DNA from: an uncultured virus (IMG/VR IMGVR_UViG_3300035661_004061) | Lineage: Duplodnaviria > Heunggongvirae > Uroviricota > Caudoviricetes | Virus record (IMG/VR): IMGVR_UViG_3300035661_004061 | Reading direction: 5' to 3' (one strand) | DNA: 60,894 nucleotides | Part shown: positions 50,511-60,894 of the stretch, in pieces | Numbering within the stretch: the first letter of the stretch is position 1 | Layout: the number at the start of each line of letters is the position of its first letter | The notes under the pieces: generated by a model | The model's input: only the letters and a program-made list of their open reading frames with translations | What the model was told of the DNA's origin: nothing | Database searches by the model: none | Translations under genes and position numbers: made by a program

Positions 50511-53408
50511 TTAATTATTATTTAAAAAATCCAATTTAACACCATTACTTGTTTTAATAAAACCTTGAATTAAAATTTTTCCACTATGAATTTCTTGATG
50601 ATGTTTTTCACAAACTGGTAAAATGTTAAATTTTCTATTTTTATGTATATGTCCAATAAGTCCTGTATCTTTATTTGCTTTGTTTTGTTCTAAAATATGA
50701 TGTGAGTGTTCAGCATTTGAATCACAAAAATAACATTTTTCTATAATAACTTCATTATTATATTTTGATTTTTTTATTTCTTCTTCACCTAATAATAAAT
50801 CTGTTTTAGTTAAAATTTTTTGATCAATTATTTTTTTTCGAATATTATAAGCCCTTTGAATAAATTTTTCATCTAAATCCATAGCTTTTGCTACTTCTAA
50901 TCCATATATAGCTTCACCGGCACCTTCTTCAATATTTCTATAATATATTAATTCTTTTGTTGTTTGATCATAATGTACTTTTAAATGATAATTTTTCACA
51001 TTTTTTAAAATTGTAATTTCTTCCATAGTTGATAATTCATGTAAATGTGTTGCAAAAATTGTTTTTGATTTTCGTTCAGATAATTCTATAACAGCACTTG
51101 ATACGATTGATAATCCTGATGTCGTTTCAGTTCCATGACTTATTTCATCACCTAATACAAGTGTATTTTCGTCTGCATTTCTTAAAATATTTCTCAATTC
51201 TGTCATTTCAACAGCAAAAGAACTTAATCCCTTCATAATATTATCTTCACCTGAAATTCTAGTATAAATTTTAGTGAAAGGTTTAAATTTAAAATAAGAT
51301 GCTGGAACATAAAAACCTGATTGTGCTAATATTATTGAAATACCAACAGATTTCATATAAACACTTTTTCCAGCTGCATTGACACCATACAATAACATCG
51401 TATCAATGTAATTATTGCCTAAATTTACATCATTTGGAATATATGAATAATTATTTTCAATAATTTCAACAATAGGATGCCGCAATTGTTTTGCTTCTAT
51501 AAATGAAGTGTTATAAGAATCTTCAATTATAGGTTTAATATAATTATACTTAAAGGCTGTTTTTGCATTACTTTTAATAACATCTAAATTAGAAACATAT
51601 TTAGATAATTCACCAAATAGTTTTTCATATTTAGAAGAAAAAATTTTTAATTCATTAATATAACTATCTTTTACTTCTTTAATTAATTTGTTTTTTAATA
51701 ATAAAATTTTATCTGATATAACATTAAATACTTCAAAAGTAATTTTTTTATTATTAGTCAATATCTTAATATCTAAATCTTTATATTTAATATTATATTC
51801 TTTGTCTAAATTAATATTAACAACATAATTTTCATTTTTTATCATTTTTTCTATTTCTTTATATTTTGAATTAGAAATTGTAATATAATAACCTTCTTTA
51901 TCAGTCCGATCTAATTTAAATACATTATCAATTTTAACAGATTTATTTAATTCTTTAATTATTAATTCAAAATATACCGTATATTTAGTAATATCATTAA
52001 CTATTTCATCTATATTTTGTTCATACCCTTTTTTAAAAAAATTTTCGCCAATATCATTTAAATTATGTTTTGCCATTTCATCGATTACAAATAAATTATT
52101 ATATTCATTTTTAAAATCTATTAACATTTTAAAAGTATTATCAGATATTAAATTTAAATTTATATTACTTTTATCTAAATTTATAAGATTTATAATTGAT
52201 TCATATGAGTTAGTTAAAAGTACAAATTCCGCTGGATTTAATTTTTCTAAAATTATTTTTCTTTGTAATCGTTCAATATCATAAATATTATTAAGTTCAT
52301 TTTCAAAGATTTTATAATGTGGTATCATTTTTTCAATAAAATCATAGTTTTTATTCAATTCTTCAACATTAATAATAGGATTTAATAATTTAAATTTTAA
52401 TAATCGTCTTCCAAGCGCTGTACTAGTATTATTAATAATATCAAATACACTACTTATATTACTATCATTAACATTTTTAGATATTAAATTTAATTGATTT
52501 ATTGAATTATTAGCTAATTTTAAATATTTGTTTTCCGTCCATATTTCAGGTTTTTCTATTTTTTTAATAATATTAGGGTTATGTTCATATGAAAAATTTA
52601 ATAAATAAATATAACTATTTAATGCTGTTTTTGTTTTTTCTAAATCTAACAATTCTATTGTTGTCAACATTGAATTATTATCGAATATAGTTGATAATAA
52701 AGTTTCTTGATAATTTAAATTTAAATATTCTTTATTAATTTGATTGAAATGATATGGAATATTTTTAATATTTAATAAATTCAATAAATTTTCTTTTGTT
52801 AAACTTTGTGTATCATTTATGATTACTATTTCTTTTGGATAATTAGAAGAAACAAAAGTTTCACATTCATTAAAAGATAACATATTATCATTTTTGGTAC
52901 TATATGTTTCAAAAATAATATTTTGTCCAGTAGAAAGATCAATACAAGAAGATCCAATGGTATAATTATTTCCATATTCTTCTTGTATATAAAGAGAAAT
53001 TAAATTATTAGAATCTTTATGATTAAAATCTATATAAGTTCCTGGACTTAATATTTCAGTTACCTCTCTTTGAGGATTTGGTGGTTCAGTAATTTGTTCA
53101 ATAATAACAACAGTATATTTATTTAATTTTAATATAACATCTAAATATCTTTTCCAAGAAACAGTTGGAATTCCAGCTAATAAAGGATTTTTTCTATTGA
53201 CTTCAGATATCGATTTATTTCGTCGAGTCATTTGAATATTAAGAATTTCCGATATTTCTTTTACTTTTCCTAATTTTTCAATATCATTATCTATCCCATA
53301 TATTTCGAAGAAAGATCCAACTTCCATAAAAACAACAGTATCATTACCATATTTTTTTTCATAAAATTCTTGATAATCAAAATATTCTTCAATTAAACTT
53401 TTTTTCAA
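50511..53408 (-). CDS. mutS: MutS7 (MutS with a C-terminal HNH-like endonuclease domain)
   Basis: MEVGSFFEIY (mismatch binding), RHPIVE, GVNAAGKS, SSFAVEM, GDEISHGTE and FATHLH; C-terminal CYFC...HSHHI...N...VCEKHH...H. Confidence 0.92.
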   Translation of the reverse strand: MKKSLIEEYFDYQEFYEKKYGNDTVVFMEVGSFFEIYGIDNDIEKLGKVKEISEILNIQMTRRNKSISEVNRKNPLLAGIPTVSWKRYLDVILKLNKYTVVIIEQITEPPNPQREVTEILSPGTYIDFNHKDSNNLISLYIQEEYGNNYTIGSSCIDLSTGQNIIFETYSTKNDNMLSFNECETFVSSNYPKEIVIINDTQSLTKENLLNLLNIKNIPYHFNQINKEYLNLNYQETLLSTIFDNNSMLTTIELLDLEKTKTALNSYIYLLNFSYEHNPNIIKKIEKPEIWTENKYLKLANNSINQLNLISKNVNDSNISSVFDIINNTSTALGRRLLKFKLLNPIINVEELNKNYDFIEKMIPHYKIFENELNNIYDIERLQRKIILEKLNPAEFVLLTNSYESIINLINLDKSNINLNLISDNTFKMLIDFKNEYNNLFVIDEMAKHNLNDIGENFFKKGYEQNIDEIVNDITKYTVYFELIIKELNKSVKIDNVFKLDRTDKEGYYITISNSKYKEIEKMIKNENYVVNINLDKEYNIKYKDLDIKILTNNKKITFEVFNVISDKILLLKNKLIKEVKDSYINELKIFSSKYEKLFGELSKYVSNLDVIKSNAKTAFKYNYIKPIIEDSYNTSFIEAKQLRHPIVEIIENNYSYIPNDVNLGNNYIDTMLLYGVNAAGKSVYMKSVGISIILAQSGFYVPASYFKFKPFTKIYTRISGEDNIMKGLSSFAVEMTELRNILRNADENTLVLGDEISHGTETTSGLSIVSSAVIELSERKSKTIFATHLHELSTMEEITILKNVKNYHLKVHYDQTTKELIYYRNIEEGAGEAIYGLEVAKAMDLDEKFIQRAYNIRKKIIDQKILTKTDLLLGEEEIKKSKYNNEVIIEKCYFCDSNAEHSHHILEQNKANKDTGLIGHIHKNRKFNILPVCEKHHQEIHSGKILIQGFIKTSNGVKLDFLNNN

Positions 53409-53474
53409 TATAGACCTTTATTTTTATTAAATTTTATTATTATATCAAAATTTTACTTAATTTTTGTTTAAAAT

Positions 53475-53690
53475 TTAAGATTCCCAATTTTCGCAAGTAT
53501 GGTCACAAGGCAACGAACCTAATAATTTTCCAAGTCCATTATCTTTCCTAATTTTCATTTTATCTTTATTTCCAAATTCAAAAACACTTTTTGAATTATA
53601 ACAATGAAAAGTTTTTCCTGTTGTCATTCCTTCTTTTGAAAATTTACAATTATGACAACCATTATAATCAGGAGTATACCAAAAACACAT
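53475..53690 (-). CDS. Small Cys-rich protein (possibly metal-binding)
   Basis: 71 aa with 6 Cys including CxxC and CxxxC; AAGGA RBS. Confidence 0.6.
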   Translation of the reverse strand: MCFWYTPDYNGCHNCKFSKEGMTTGKTFHCYNSKSVFEFGNKDKMKIRKDNGLGKLLGSLPCDHTCENWES

Positions 53691-53847
53691 TTTATTTCCT
53701 TTTTAAATTATATTTTATTTATTATAAGTATATATTACCATAATATATCTAAAATGAAAAGTTAATTTTTATTAAAATAATTTTATAATTGAAAATTTTT
53801 ATTTAATTGTTATAATTTTAATGCATTATTTTAAAAAGGAAATAAAG

Positions 53848-55233
53848 ATGAAAAAAACAATAATTTTATCCATATTATTATCACAATTTATATACGCTAG
53901 TTCTATAACAGAAGATAAAGAAAAAAACATTGTTATTTACAACAATTTAGGATTTGTTTCGGAGACAAAATCAGCTTCTATAAATAATGGTAATAGCGAA
54001 ATAAAATACGAAAATGTATCTCCTAATATTATAGAAGATAGTGTATCTATATTATTTCCAAAAGAAGTATTTCTTCAAGAACAAAATTTTCAATATGATA
54101 CAATGAATTTTAATAATATTTTAAAATATAATTTAAATAAAGAAGTAGAATATAAAGATTATATAAATAGAAATGAATTTATTATAAAAAAAGGAAAATT
54201 ACTATCTTTTGAACCAACAATTATGATTGTTGACAATGAATCTAATAAAATATTAAATGTTTATAATGATTCAATTATCATAAAAGATTTACCAGAAAAC
54301 ATGTCAATTAAACCTTCTTTGATTTGGAAATTAAATTCAAAAAAAGAAATAAAAAATACTGATATTAAATTAAGTTATTTAACTAATAATATAAGTTGGA
54401 AAACAGATTATACAGCTACTATTAATAATAATTTATTGAATTTAAATGGTTGGATAACAATCAATAATCAATCAGATATAAATTATAATGGATATAATCT
54501 AACTGTATTATCTGGTGAAGTCAATAAAGCTGAAATTTATAGACCAGAAAGAATAATGATGATGAAAAATTCAATATCAGATGCTTCATTTGGAGGGAAT
54601 ATTGTTGATAAAGAAATTTCAGGATATCATATTTATAAAATTCCTTTTAAAACAGATATACCTTCTTTATCAAAAAAACAAGTATCTTTATTAAATAATA
54701 ATATTAAAAATTTTAATAAAATAAATAAAATTATTATTAATTATATTGACGGAAATCAAATTTTAAATTTTGATCAATTTATTGAATTTAAAAACAATAA
54801 AGATAACGGGTTAGGTATTCCATTACCTTATGGGATTATACGTTTTTATGAAAATCAAAATAATGATAATTATTTTATTGGTGAAAACAATATAGGAAAT
54901 GTTCCAAATAATGAAAATGTTTCAATTTCTATTGGAAAGAATTTTGATTCTAAATTAGAAATTTTTATGAAAGAAAGGAATTTACAAAAAGGAAATGAAA
55001 GTCTTAAATATGTAATGGAAATTCGAAATAATAGTAAAACAAAACAAAAATACAATATAATACAAAAAAATCCATTATCTAATTTTAAATTAGATAATAT
55101 AGATTTTAAAGATTTTTCTTCAAATGGTGTATATGATTTTAAAATAAAAAATATCGATGAATTAGAATATAATTTTGAATTAGAACCAGAATCCAAAATA
55201 AACATAGAAATGCAAGTTAAAAGAAAATATTAA
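53848..55233 (+). CDS. Exported DUF4139-family protein
   Basis: Signal peptide; IYNNLGFVSE, EQNFQYD, KPSLIW, LSYLT..ISW..DY, LGIPLP.G.IRFY and FIGEN.I. The RBS favours ATG 53848. Confidence 0.8.
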   Translation: MKKTIILSILLSQFIYASSITEDKEKNIVIYNNLGFVSETKSASINNGNSEIKYENVSPNIIEDSVSILFPKEVFLQEQNFQYDTMNFNNILKYNLNKEVEYKDYINRNEFIIKKGKLLSFEPTIMIVDNESNKILNVYNDSIIIKDLPENMSIKPSLIWKLNSKKEIKNTDIKLSYLTNNISWKTDYTATINNNLLNLNGWITINNQSDINYNGYNLTVLSGEVNKAEIYRPERIMMMKNSISDASFGGNIVDKEISGYHIYKIPFKTDIPSLSKKQVSLLNNNIKNFNKINKIIINYIDGNQILNFDQFIEFKNNKDNGLGIPLPYGIIRFYENQNNDNYFIGENNIGNVPNNENVSISIGKNFDSKLEIFMKERNLQKGNESLKYVMEIRNNSKTKQKYNIIQKNPLSNFKLDNIDFKDFSSNGVYDFKIKNIDELEYNFELEPESKINIEMQVKRKY

Positions 55234-55248
55234 TTTTTTTCAACTTTA

Positions 55249-57060
55249 TTATTTTCTATGTATTGAATATATATCTTCAATTAAATCTTTTTCTATTGAA
55301 TATTCTGTAATATTTGTTTTATCTGAAAGTTCTTTTAATTCCCGTAAAGGATTTCCTATTTTAAATGATATTAAATTGTCTTTTGTCCATTTACCACTAT
55401 TATTTAATATATATGAACTATTAAAAGAAGTTAAAATATCATTGATTTTTTCTTCACATATTTCAATATTATCTTCTTTGATTTTTATTTTTTCTTTATA
55501 ATTTTTAATTAAATTTAATGCATTTATGTAAATTTTATATCTATTCATTAATCCAACTGGAACTGTTTTTCTCAAACTTTTTAATTCTTTTATATGTTCT
55601 TTCATTTTTTCAAATATAAATTCATTACTTTTTAAATTATCAATTAAAAGTTTATTTTCTTTTAATAAAACTATTTTCTCATCATTATTCTTTTTTATTT
55701 TTTTATTTAATTCTTTTAAATCCCCGTCATATTTTAATAATGGGAAAATTTGAAAAGTATTATAGTTTCCGTGAATATTATTTATTATTATTTTTTCAGA
55801 AGCACATAATAATGTATTTGAACCTACATTATCTATTGTGATAGTTTTTGCGAAAACTTTACCACCAGAACTTTGTTTTATTATAACATGATCAGCTTCT
55901 ATATATCCTCCATCTAAAAATTCAACTTCAACATTATTACCTATAAATTTTCCTTTTAATATTTTTATTTTTCCTTCTTCTGAATTTATAATAGAAGTTT
56001 TATGAACCATTCCTTCTACTACAATGTTTTTTGTATGAATATTACTATGGGAACCTATTATACCTTTTGTATTTAAATTTTGTACTTCTATTTTACTTCC
56101 ATAACCTACACTATCATTTACATGATTATTTTCAGAAATATTAATATAAATATCTGAATTTAAATTTGTATTTATATCACCAGTAGTTTTAAAATCGACT
56201 TTTTTAATATTAATTTCATTTAAAATATCATATTTATTTCCATTTTTATATACATAACCATTTATTAAAGATTTATATATTATTTTATCTTCAAATTCTT
56301 TAATTAAAAAATTATTAGAAAATTCAAATTTACCCTTGAAAAGTTCTTTGGGTTCAGGTTCATTTTTATAAATACCAAAACAATCTCTACTAGGAGAACC
56401 ATTTTTTGATTTTATATATTCAAACAAAATTTCATTTTCTAAAACAGAAGATAAAAAATGTCGATTTGAATGTTCAAAATTTTCCTTTTTAATATTTTGT
56501 TTATATAATTCAATAAATTTATCATTTATTGTTTTTTCACCTTCAATTCCTTCAGATATTAAAATCATTATATCTTCTTTAACTTCATAAATTTGATTGA
56601 CTTGAACTTTTTCAAAAAAATCATTTAAATTTTCATTATTAACAAAATCAAATACATATAATAAAAGTTTGTTTTTTACTTTCTTTTTGTTTATATAATT
56701 TGTAAAATCTTTTATAAAATCTTTATGATATTTAAATATACTACCAGATTTAATTGACAAAAATACTTTTGTATTTGATTTATTAATAGCTATTTTTATT
56801 ATAGAATTATCAAAATCACTACGATCTTTGATTGATTGAATTTCAATTGTATAAATTTGTTCTATTTTAAAATCTTCATTTAAAAAATCTTCTTTTGTAA
56901 AATTTTCTATTTTATCGTTTATAAATATATTTATATTTTCTTCGTCTTTAAAAGAAGTATAAACTTCTAATATTTCAAAATCTATATTATTTGGCAATAC
57001 TTTATAAGTTTTACAATAATCTAATAATGTTTTATTAATATCATTTGTTTGTAAAATCAA
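55249..57060 (-). CDS. Flagellar assembly protein A (FapA/DUF342)-like, Campylobacterota type
   Basis: EYIKSKNG..RDCFG, INGYV, VDFKTTGDI, a beta-helix-like stretch and a C-terminal coiled coil; TTG start. Confidence 0.7.
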   Translation of the reverse strand: MILQTNDINKTLLDYCKTYKVLPNNIDFEILEVYTSFKDEENINIFINDKIENFTKEDFLNEDFKIEQIYTIEIQSIKDRSDFDNSIIKIAINKSNTKVFLSIKSGSIFKYHKDFIKDFTNYINKKKVKNKLLLYVFDFVNNENLNDFFEKVQVNQIYEVKEDIMILISEGIEGEKTINDKFIELYKQNIKKENFEHSNRHFLSSVLENEILFEYIKSKNGSPSRDCFGIYKNEPEPKELFKGKFEFSNNFLIKEFEDKIIYKSLINGYVYKNGNKYDILNEINIKKVDFKTTGDINTNLNSDIYINISENNHVNDSVGYGSKIEVQNLNTKGIIGSHSNIHTKNIVVEGMVHKTSIINSEEGKIKILKGKFIGNNVEVEFLDGGYIEADHVIIKQSSGGKVFAKTITIDNVGSNTLLCASEKIIINNIHGNYNTFQIFPLLKYDGDLKELNKKIKKNNDEKIVLLKENKLLIDNLKSNEFIFEKMKEHIKELKSLRKTVPVGLMNRYKIYINALNLIKNYKEKIKIKEDNIEICEEKINDILTSFNSSYILNNSGKWTKDNLISFKIGNPLRELKELSDKTNITEYSIEKDLIEDIYSIHRK

Positions 57061-57069
57061 AAATATTCC

Positions 57070-58431
57070 TTATTTTTTTAATTTAATTATATAATCATCG
57101 TTTATTAATAAATAATTATTATTTTTATTTATTATATATAATTCATTATCTATAACGATATCGACATTATCATAAATTTGTTGAATTTTTATATATTTAT
57201 TATTTTTTAATTTAAATATTGTTTGTTCATTAAGAATAAAAATTTTTTTATTAAAAAATTCGTCTGTTTTCTTATCATATATTTCAATATTATAAGAAAC
57301 TTCATTTAATTTAGAAAATATACTATCGTATTCTTTATTTATATCATATTCTTTCAAGAACATATATTCTTTTTCAAAATCAAAATCATTGTAATTTATG
57401 TTTATGTTGAAATTATTATTATTTATTTCTTTATATATATTAAAATATATTTCTTTTTCTTTATTTAAAAATTTATTTAAATAAAGATTTTTATTATTTA
57501 TATAATTAATTTCTAACAAATGAATGTTATATATATATTGTGATAATAAATCATATTTGTTGTATTTTAATTTATTATTATTTAAACATTTTTTATTTTC
57601 AGATAAATCTAATAAATTATTAGAACTATTATTATCTTTTTGTGTAAGATTTAAATCCAATAAATTATTAGAACTATTATTATCTTTTTGTGTAAGATTT
57701 AAATCCAATAAATTATTAGAACTATTGTTATCTTTTTTATTACAAAGATAATTATTATCTTCGTAATATTTATTATTTTCTAAAATTTCTTCTCTTAATA
57801 TTTTAACTTTATTAATATAATTAATATAATAAATATTTTCATAATTAAATAATTTTAAAAGTTCTTCTTCTTTCTTTTTTAAATTTAAATAAATATAATT
57901 TCTTTCTTCTTCGGTTAAATTCTTCATTTTTTCTGTTAATTCTTTATTTCTAAATAAAAAATTTGGTTTAAAATTTATAATAATAATATCATTTTTTTCA
58001 ATTTTATCATTAATATATACATTGTTTTTATTAACTAATTCAAAAATTTCATAATCATTTATTTTTAAAGTATTAAAATATTTTTTTAATATTTTTTCAT
58101 AATAATCTTTATAAGTTATTATTTGATATTTATTTTTAATCCTATTAAAATTTAAATATTTGTCTATTTGTTTATTTTTATCATATAAATAAAAATCATT
58201 AACGTCAATATTAAGTTCATTTCCATATTGAGATTTAAAATTTAATTTATTTGTATTTATATAATATAAATTATTTTTAATAATATTTTGATTATTTATA
58301 GTTTTAAATTCAAATGCTTTATATTCTATTGCACTTGAATTTGTTAAAATGTTTTTATTTGTTAAAGGTTTAATAGAACAACCAGAATACATAAAAATTA
58401 TATATACTGATATTAAAACTTTTTTAATCAT
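57070..58431 (-). CDS. Predicted lipoprotein with an internal 16-aa tandem repeat
   Basis: Lipobox-like MYSGC; starts immediately after the recA stop. Confidence 0.7.
   Translation of the reverse strand: MIKKVLISVYIIFMYSGCSIKPLTNKNILTNSSAIEYKAFEFKTINNQNIIKNNLYYINTNKLNFKSQYGNELNIDVNDFYLYDKNKQIDKYLNFNRIKNKYQIITYKDYYEKILKKYFNTLKINDYEIFELVNKNNVYINDKIEKNDIIIINFKPNFLFRNKELTEKMKNLTEEERNYIYLNLKKKEEELLKLFNYENIYYINYINKVKILREEILENNKYYEDNNYLCNKKDNNSSNNLLDLNLTQKDNNSSNNLLDLNLTQKDNNSSNNLLDLSENKKCLNNNKLKYNKYDLLSQYIYNIHLLEINYINNKNLYLNKFLNKEKEIYFNIYKEINNNNFNININYNDFDFEKEYMFLKEYDINKEYDSIFSKLNEVSYNIEIYDKKTDEFFNKKIFILNEQTIFKLKNNKYIKIQQIYDNVDIVIDNELYIINKNNNYLLINDDYIIKLKK
57605..57737. repeat. Coding tandem repeat, about 2.75 x 48 bp (KDNNSSNNLLDLNLTQ)
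   Basis: aataaattattagaacta recurs at 57611, 57659 and 57707. Confidence 0.9.
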
Positions 58432-59448
58432 TTAGATTCCTAATTTTTTCAAAACTTTTGCTTTTACTTCTGCTAATTTATCTGGATTAGATTTGAAAAA
58501 TTCTACTACTTTGTCCATTCCTTGTCCTAATTTAGTATCACCATAACTAAACCAAGAACCTGATTTTTCAATAATTTCATTTTTTACACCGAAATTAATA
58601 ATTTCATAAAATGGTGAAAATCCTTCTCCAAATATTAAATCAACTTGAACTTCTTTAAATGGAGGTGCCACTTTATTTTTAACAATTTTGACTTTTGTTA
58701 CTTTTCCATAAGCTTCTTCATTCTTTTTAAGAGTTGAAATTGCTCTAACATCAATACGAACAGAAGCATAAAATTTAAGTGCATTACCACCAGTTGTAGT
58801 TTCAGGGGAACCGTAACCCATCATACCAATTTTCATACGAAGTTGATTAATAAATATAACTGTTGTTTGGGTTTGATTTATAGAAGCTGTCATTTTTCTT
58901 AATGCTTTTGACATTAATCGAGCTTGAACACCTACTTGTTGGTCGTCCATTTCACCATCTAATTCAACTTTGGGAGTTAATGCAGCAACGGAGTCAATTA
59001 TAACTAAATCAACAGAACCAGATTTAATAATAGTATCAGCTATATCTAATGCTTGTTCACCGTAATCAGGTTGAGATACAAGTAAATTATCAACATCAAC
59101 ACCTAAATTTTTAGCATAAGCCACATCCAATGCATGTTCTGCATCAATAAACGCAACAATTCCACCAGCTTTTTGACACTCTGCAGCTATTTGTAATGTT
59201 AAAGTAGTTTTCCCTGAACTTTCAGGTCCATAAATTTCTATAACACGTCCTTTTGGAATTCCTCCGATACCTATTGCATTATCAATAGCTATTGAACCTG
59301 TACTGATTTTATCAATTTTTTCGATTGTTTTATCACCTAAACGAACCAAAGCATTTTTACCAAAACTTTTTTCAATAGTTTTCATCGCTAATTCTAACGA
59401 TTTTGCTTTACTGTCATTAACTTTATTTTCATTATCTGTTTTTGCCAT
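58432..59448 (-). CDS. recA: Recombinase A
   Basis: [55 protein letters not shown] and KNKVAPPFK. Confidence 0.98.
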   Translation of the reverse strand: MAKTDNENKVNDSKAKSLELAMKTIEKSFGKNALVRLGDKTIEKIDKISTGSIAIDNAIGIGGIPKGRVIEIYGPESSGKTTLTLQIAAECQKAGGIVAFIDAEHALDVAYAKNLGVDVDNLLVSQPDYGEQALDIADTIIKSGSVDLVIIDSVAALTPKVELDGEMDDQQVGVQARLMSKALRKMTASINQTQTTVIFINQLRMKIGMMGYGSPETTTGGNALKFYASVRIDVRAISTLKKNEEAYGKVTKVKIVKNKVAPPFKEVQVDLIFGEGFSPFYEIINFGVKNEIIEKSGSWFSYGDTKLGQGMDKVVEFFKSNPDKLAEVKAKVLKKLGI

Positions 59449-59581
59449 TTTTTTTCCTTTATTTTAAAATCACCGTTATTATATAACAATAATAAAAAAT
59501 TTTCAAATATTTTTCAAATAAAAAAACTTTTTAATATATTTTTTTTATAATAAAGAAAATTAAAGAATTAAAGGTTTTTAA

Positions 59582-60894
59582 ATGGCAAAGAATATAAAAA
59601 AAATAGCAGAGTTTTGTGAAAAGAATTCTTCTAAATTTCCTTCATATTTTTATGGAGTAACAAACAATCCTATATTAAAAAATATGAAAACTATTATTAA
59701 AACTTCTGAACAAATTTCAAAAGATACAAATGGAAGAGGTTTAGCATATTTTGACGGAACTAATATTTTTATTCCAGATGTTATAAGTGAAGATAGAATA
59801 TTTACTAAAAAAGATGAAGACATAAGAAATTTAGCACTAATTATTAGAAGTGGCTATGAAATTCATGAATGTTCACACCCACAAGAAGATGTTCCTTCTA
59901 CTTTTTTAAATAGAATAAGAATTAATTATGAAAAAAAATATTTAGATAAAATAGATGATACAACTTCACAAGAAGAAATAGACATTATTTTAGAAGAATT
60001 AAGAAATGCTATCAAGGATGAATTTGATGTTAAATTTGGTAAAACATTAAATAAAAATGATTATGATAAATATTTAGGTGTCATTAATTTTAAAAAATTA
60101 AATGAACGTGCTTATGTTCATAGATGGTATAATTCAATGGTAGATATATTTATAGAAAATCAACAACCACATTATGCGAATAGTTTAGATGAATCTGAAA
60201 CAGTTAAAGAAATATTAAGAATAACTAGAAATAATATTTATATGAAAAATAATGAAGACTTAAAATCTGAAATAGAAAAAATTCAAAAATCAAATCCACA
60301 ATTAAGTGAAGAAGAAATTAAAAGAAAAATAATTTCAAAATCTTCAAATCTTATGAACTTAACACAAAAATTTATTGATCCAAGATTTAGAAAAGAATAT
60401 GAAGAAAGAGGATATTTTAATAATAAAGATTGGAAAATATTTTATAATAAATTAAATGATACTTTAGACCATTTATATAAAATAAATTTAACTTTAAATA
60501 ATATTCAATTTGAAGAATTAACATTAGAAAATAAATTAACACTTAAATTAAATTCAATGTATTTTAATGAAGCAGCTGGAAAAATCACAAGATGGTTATT
60601 AGATTCTGAAGAAGAACAAAAACAAGACCAAAAACAAGATGGCAAAGGTGAAGGTCAAGATAATAAAGAAGACCAAAAACAAGATGGCAAAGGTGAAGGT
60701 CAAGATAACAAAGAAGACCAAAAACAAGATGGCAAAGGTGAAGGACAAGATAACAAAGAAGACCAAAAACAAGATGGCAAAGGTGAAGGTCAAGATAACA
60801 AAGAAGATCAAAAACAAGATGGCAAAGGTGAAGGACAAGATAACAAAGAAGACCAAAAACAAGATGGCAAAGGTGAAGGTCAAGATAACAAAGA
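59582..60894 (+). CDS. CobT/VWA-partner-like protein (HEXXH N-terminal domain plus acidic repeat linker), 3'-truncated by the window
   Basis: Not in the ORF track; from ATG 59582: MAKNIKKIA...AYFDGTNIFIP...IHECSH...NSMVDIFIE... The frame is open to the window end and in register with the 45-bp repeats. Confidence 0.7.
   Translation, partial: MAKNIKKIAEFCEKNSSKFPSYFYGVTNNPILKNMKTIIKTSEQISKDTNGRGLAYFDGTNIFIPDVISEDRIFTKKDEDIRNLALIIRSGYEIHECSHPQEDVPSTFLNRIRINYEKKYLDKIDDTTSQEEIDIILEELRNAIKDEFDVKFGKTLNKNDYDKYLGVINFKKLNERAYVHRWYNSMVDIFIENQQPHYANSLDESETVKEILRITRNNIYMKNNEDLKSEIEKIQKSNPQLSEEEIKRKIISKSSNLMNLTQKFIDPRFRKEYEERGYFNNKDWKIFYNKLNDTLDHLYKINLTLNNIQFEELTLENKLTLKLNSMYFNEAAGKITRWLLDSEEEQKQDQKQDGKGEGQDNKEDQKQDGKGEGQDNKEDQKQDGKGEGQDNKEDQKQDGKGEGQDNKEDQKQDGKGEGQDNKEDQKQDGKGEGQDNK
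60626..60894 (+). repeat. Coding tandem repeat, at least 6 x 45 bp (DQKQDGKGEGQDNKE)
   Basis: ggcaaaggtg recurs at 60641, 60686, 60731, 60776, 60821 and 60866. Confidence 0.95.

Noticed and set aside
53475..53690. Cys-rich peptide as the substrate of the radical SAM enzyme
   Set aside because: It lies about 21 kb away and its CxxC spacing fits a small metal-binding domain better.
1908..57751. Short overlapping track ORFs (1908, 4685, 6841, 7188, 10470, 15587, 15951, 18707, 19789, 19929, 23035, 23614, 28012, 29464, 34295, 38111, 40933, 41301, 43479, 45684, 54870, 57524)
   Set aside because: They are mostly antisense or alternate-frame shadows of longer, better-supported genes, with F/L/I/S-rich composition and no recognisable motifs.
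60599..60883. Hydrophobic repeat ORF on the minus strand
   Set aside because: It is the antisense shadow of the 45-bp coding repeat in the long + strand gene starting at 59582.
1..60894. Jumbo phage or ordinary chromosome as the source
   Set aside because: No capsid, terminase, tail, rRNA or ribosomal-protein genes were recognised, and Rep_3 plus iterons favours a plasmid-type replicon. A phage-plasmid cannot be excluded from this window alone.

Overview
Extremely AT-rich (roughly one-fifth G+C by eye), gene-dense segment that most likely comes from a large extrachromosomal replicon (megaplasmid-like) of a Campylobacterota/Arcobacter-type host. The evidence is a Rep_3-family initiator next to a 43-bp iteron-like array, a RecA with the Campylobacterota-type '[11 protein letters not shown]' insertion, MutS7, FapA-like and Campylobacterota-type AAA/SppA genes. 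No virion, rRNA or tRNA genes were recognised. The most striking content is a pair of apparently paralogous, domain-fused Pol III alpha (DnaE) genes on either side of the putative origin. One is a 1521-aa DnaG-primase-DnaE fusion and the other a 2216-aa DEDDh-exonuclease-DnaE-UDG-like fusion, which suggests a self-encoded two-polymerase replisome. Other notable items are a cluster of divergent nucleotide enzymes (nucleoside-hydrolase-like, ATP-grasp, MATE, NADAR/gp30.3, HAM1-like fusion, ThyX-like, KsgA-like), orphan antitoxins and degenerate enzymes with possible counter-defence roles, tRNA-maintenance genes (aspS, CCA enzyme), a recurrent acidic-hydrophobic C-terminal tail on element-specific proteins, pseudogenes and possible IS200/IS605 end remnants. 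All family calls come from motif recognition by eye and none were confirmed by search.
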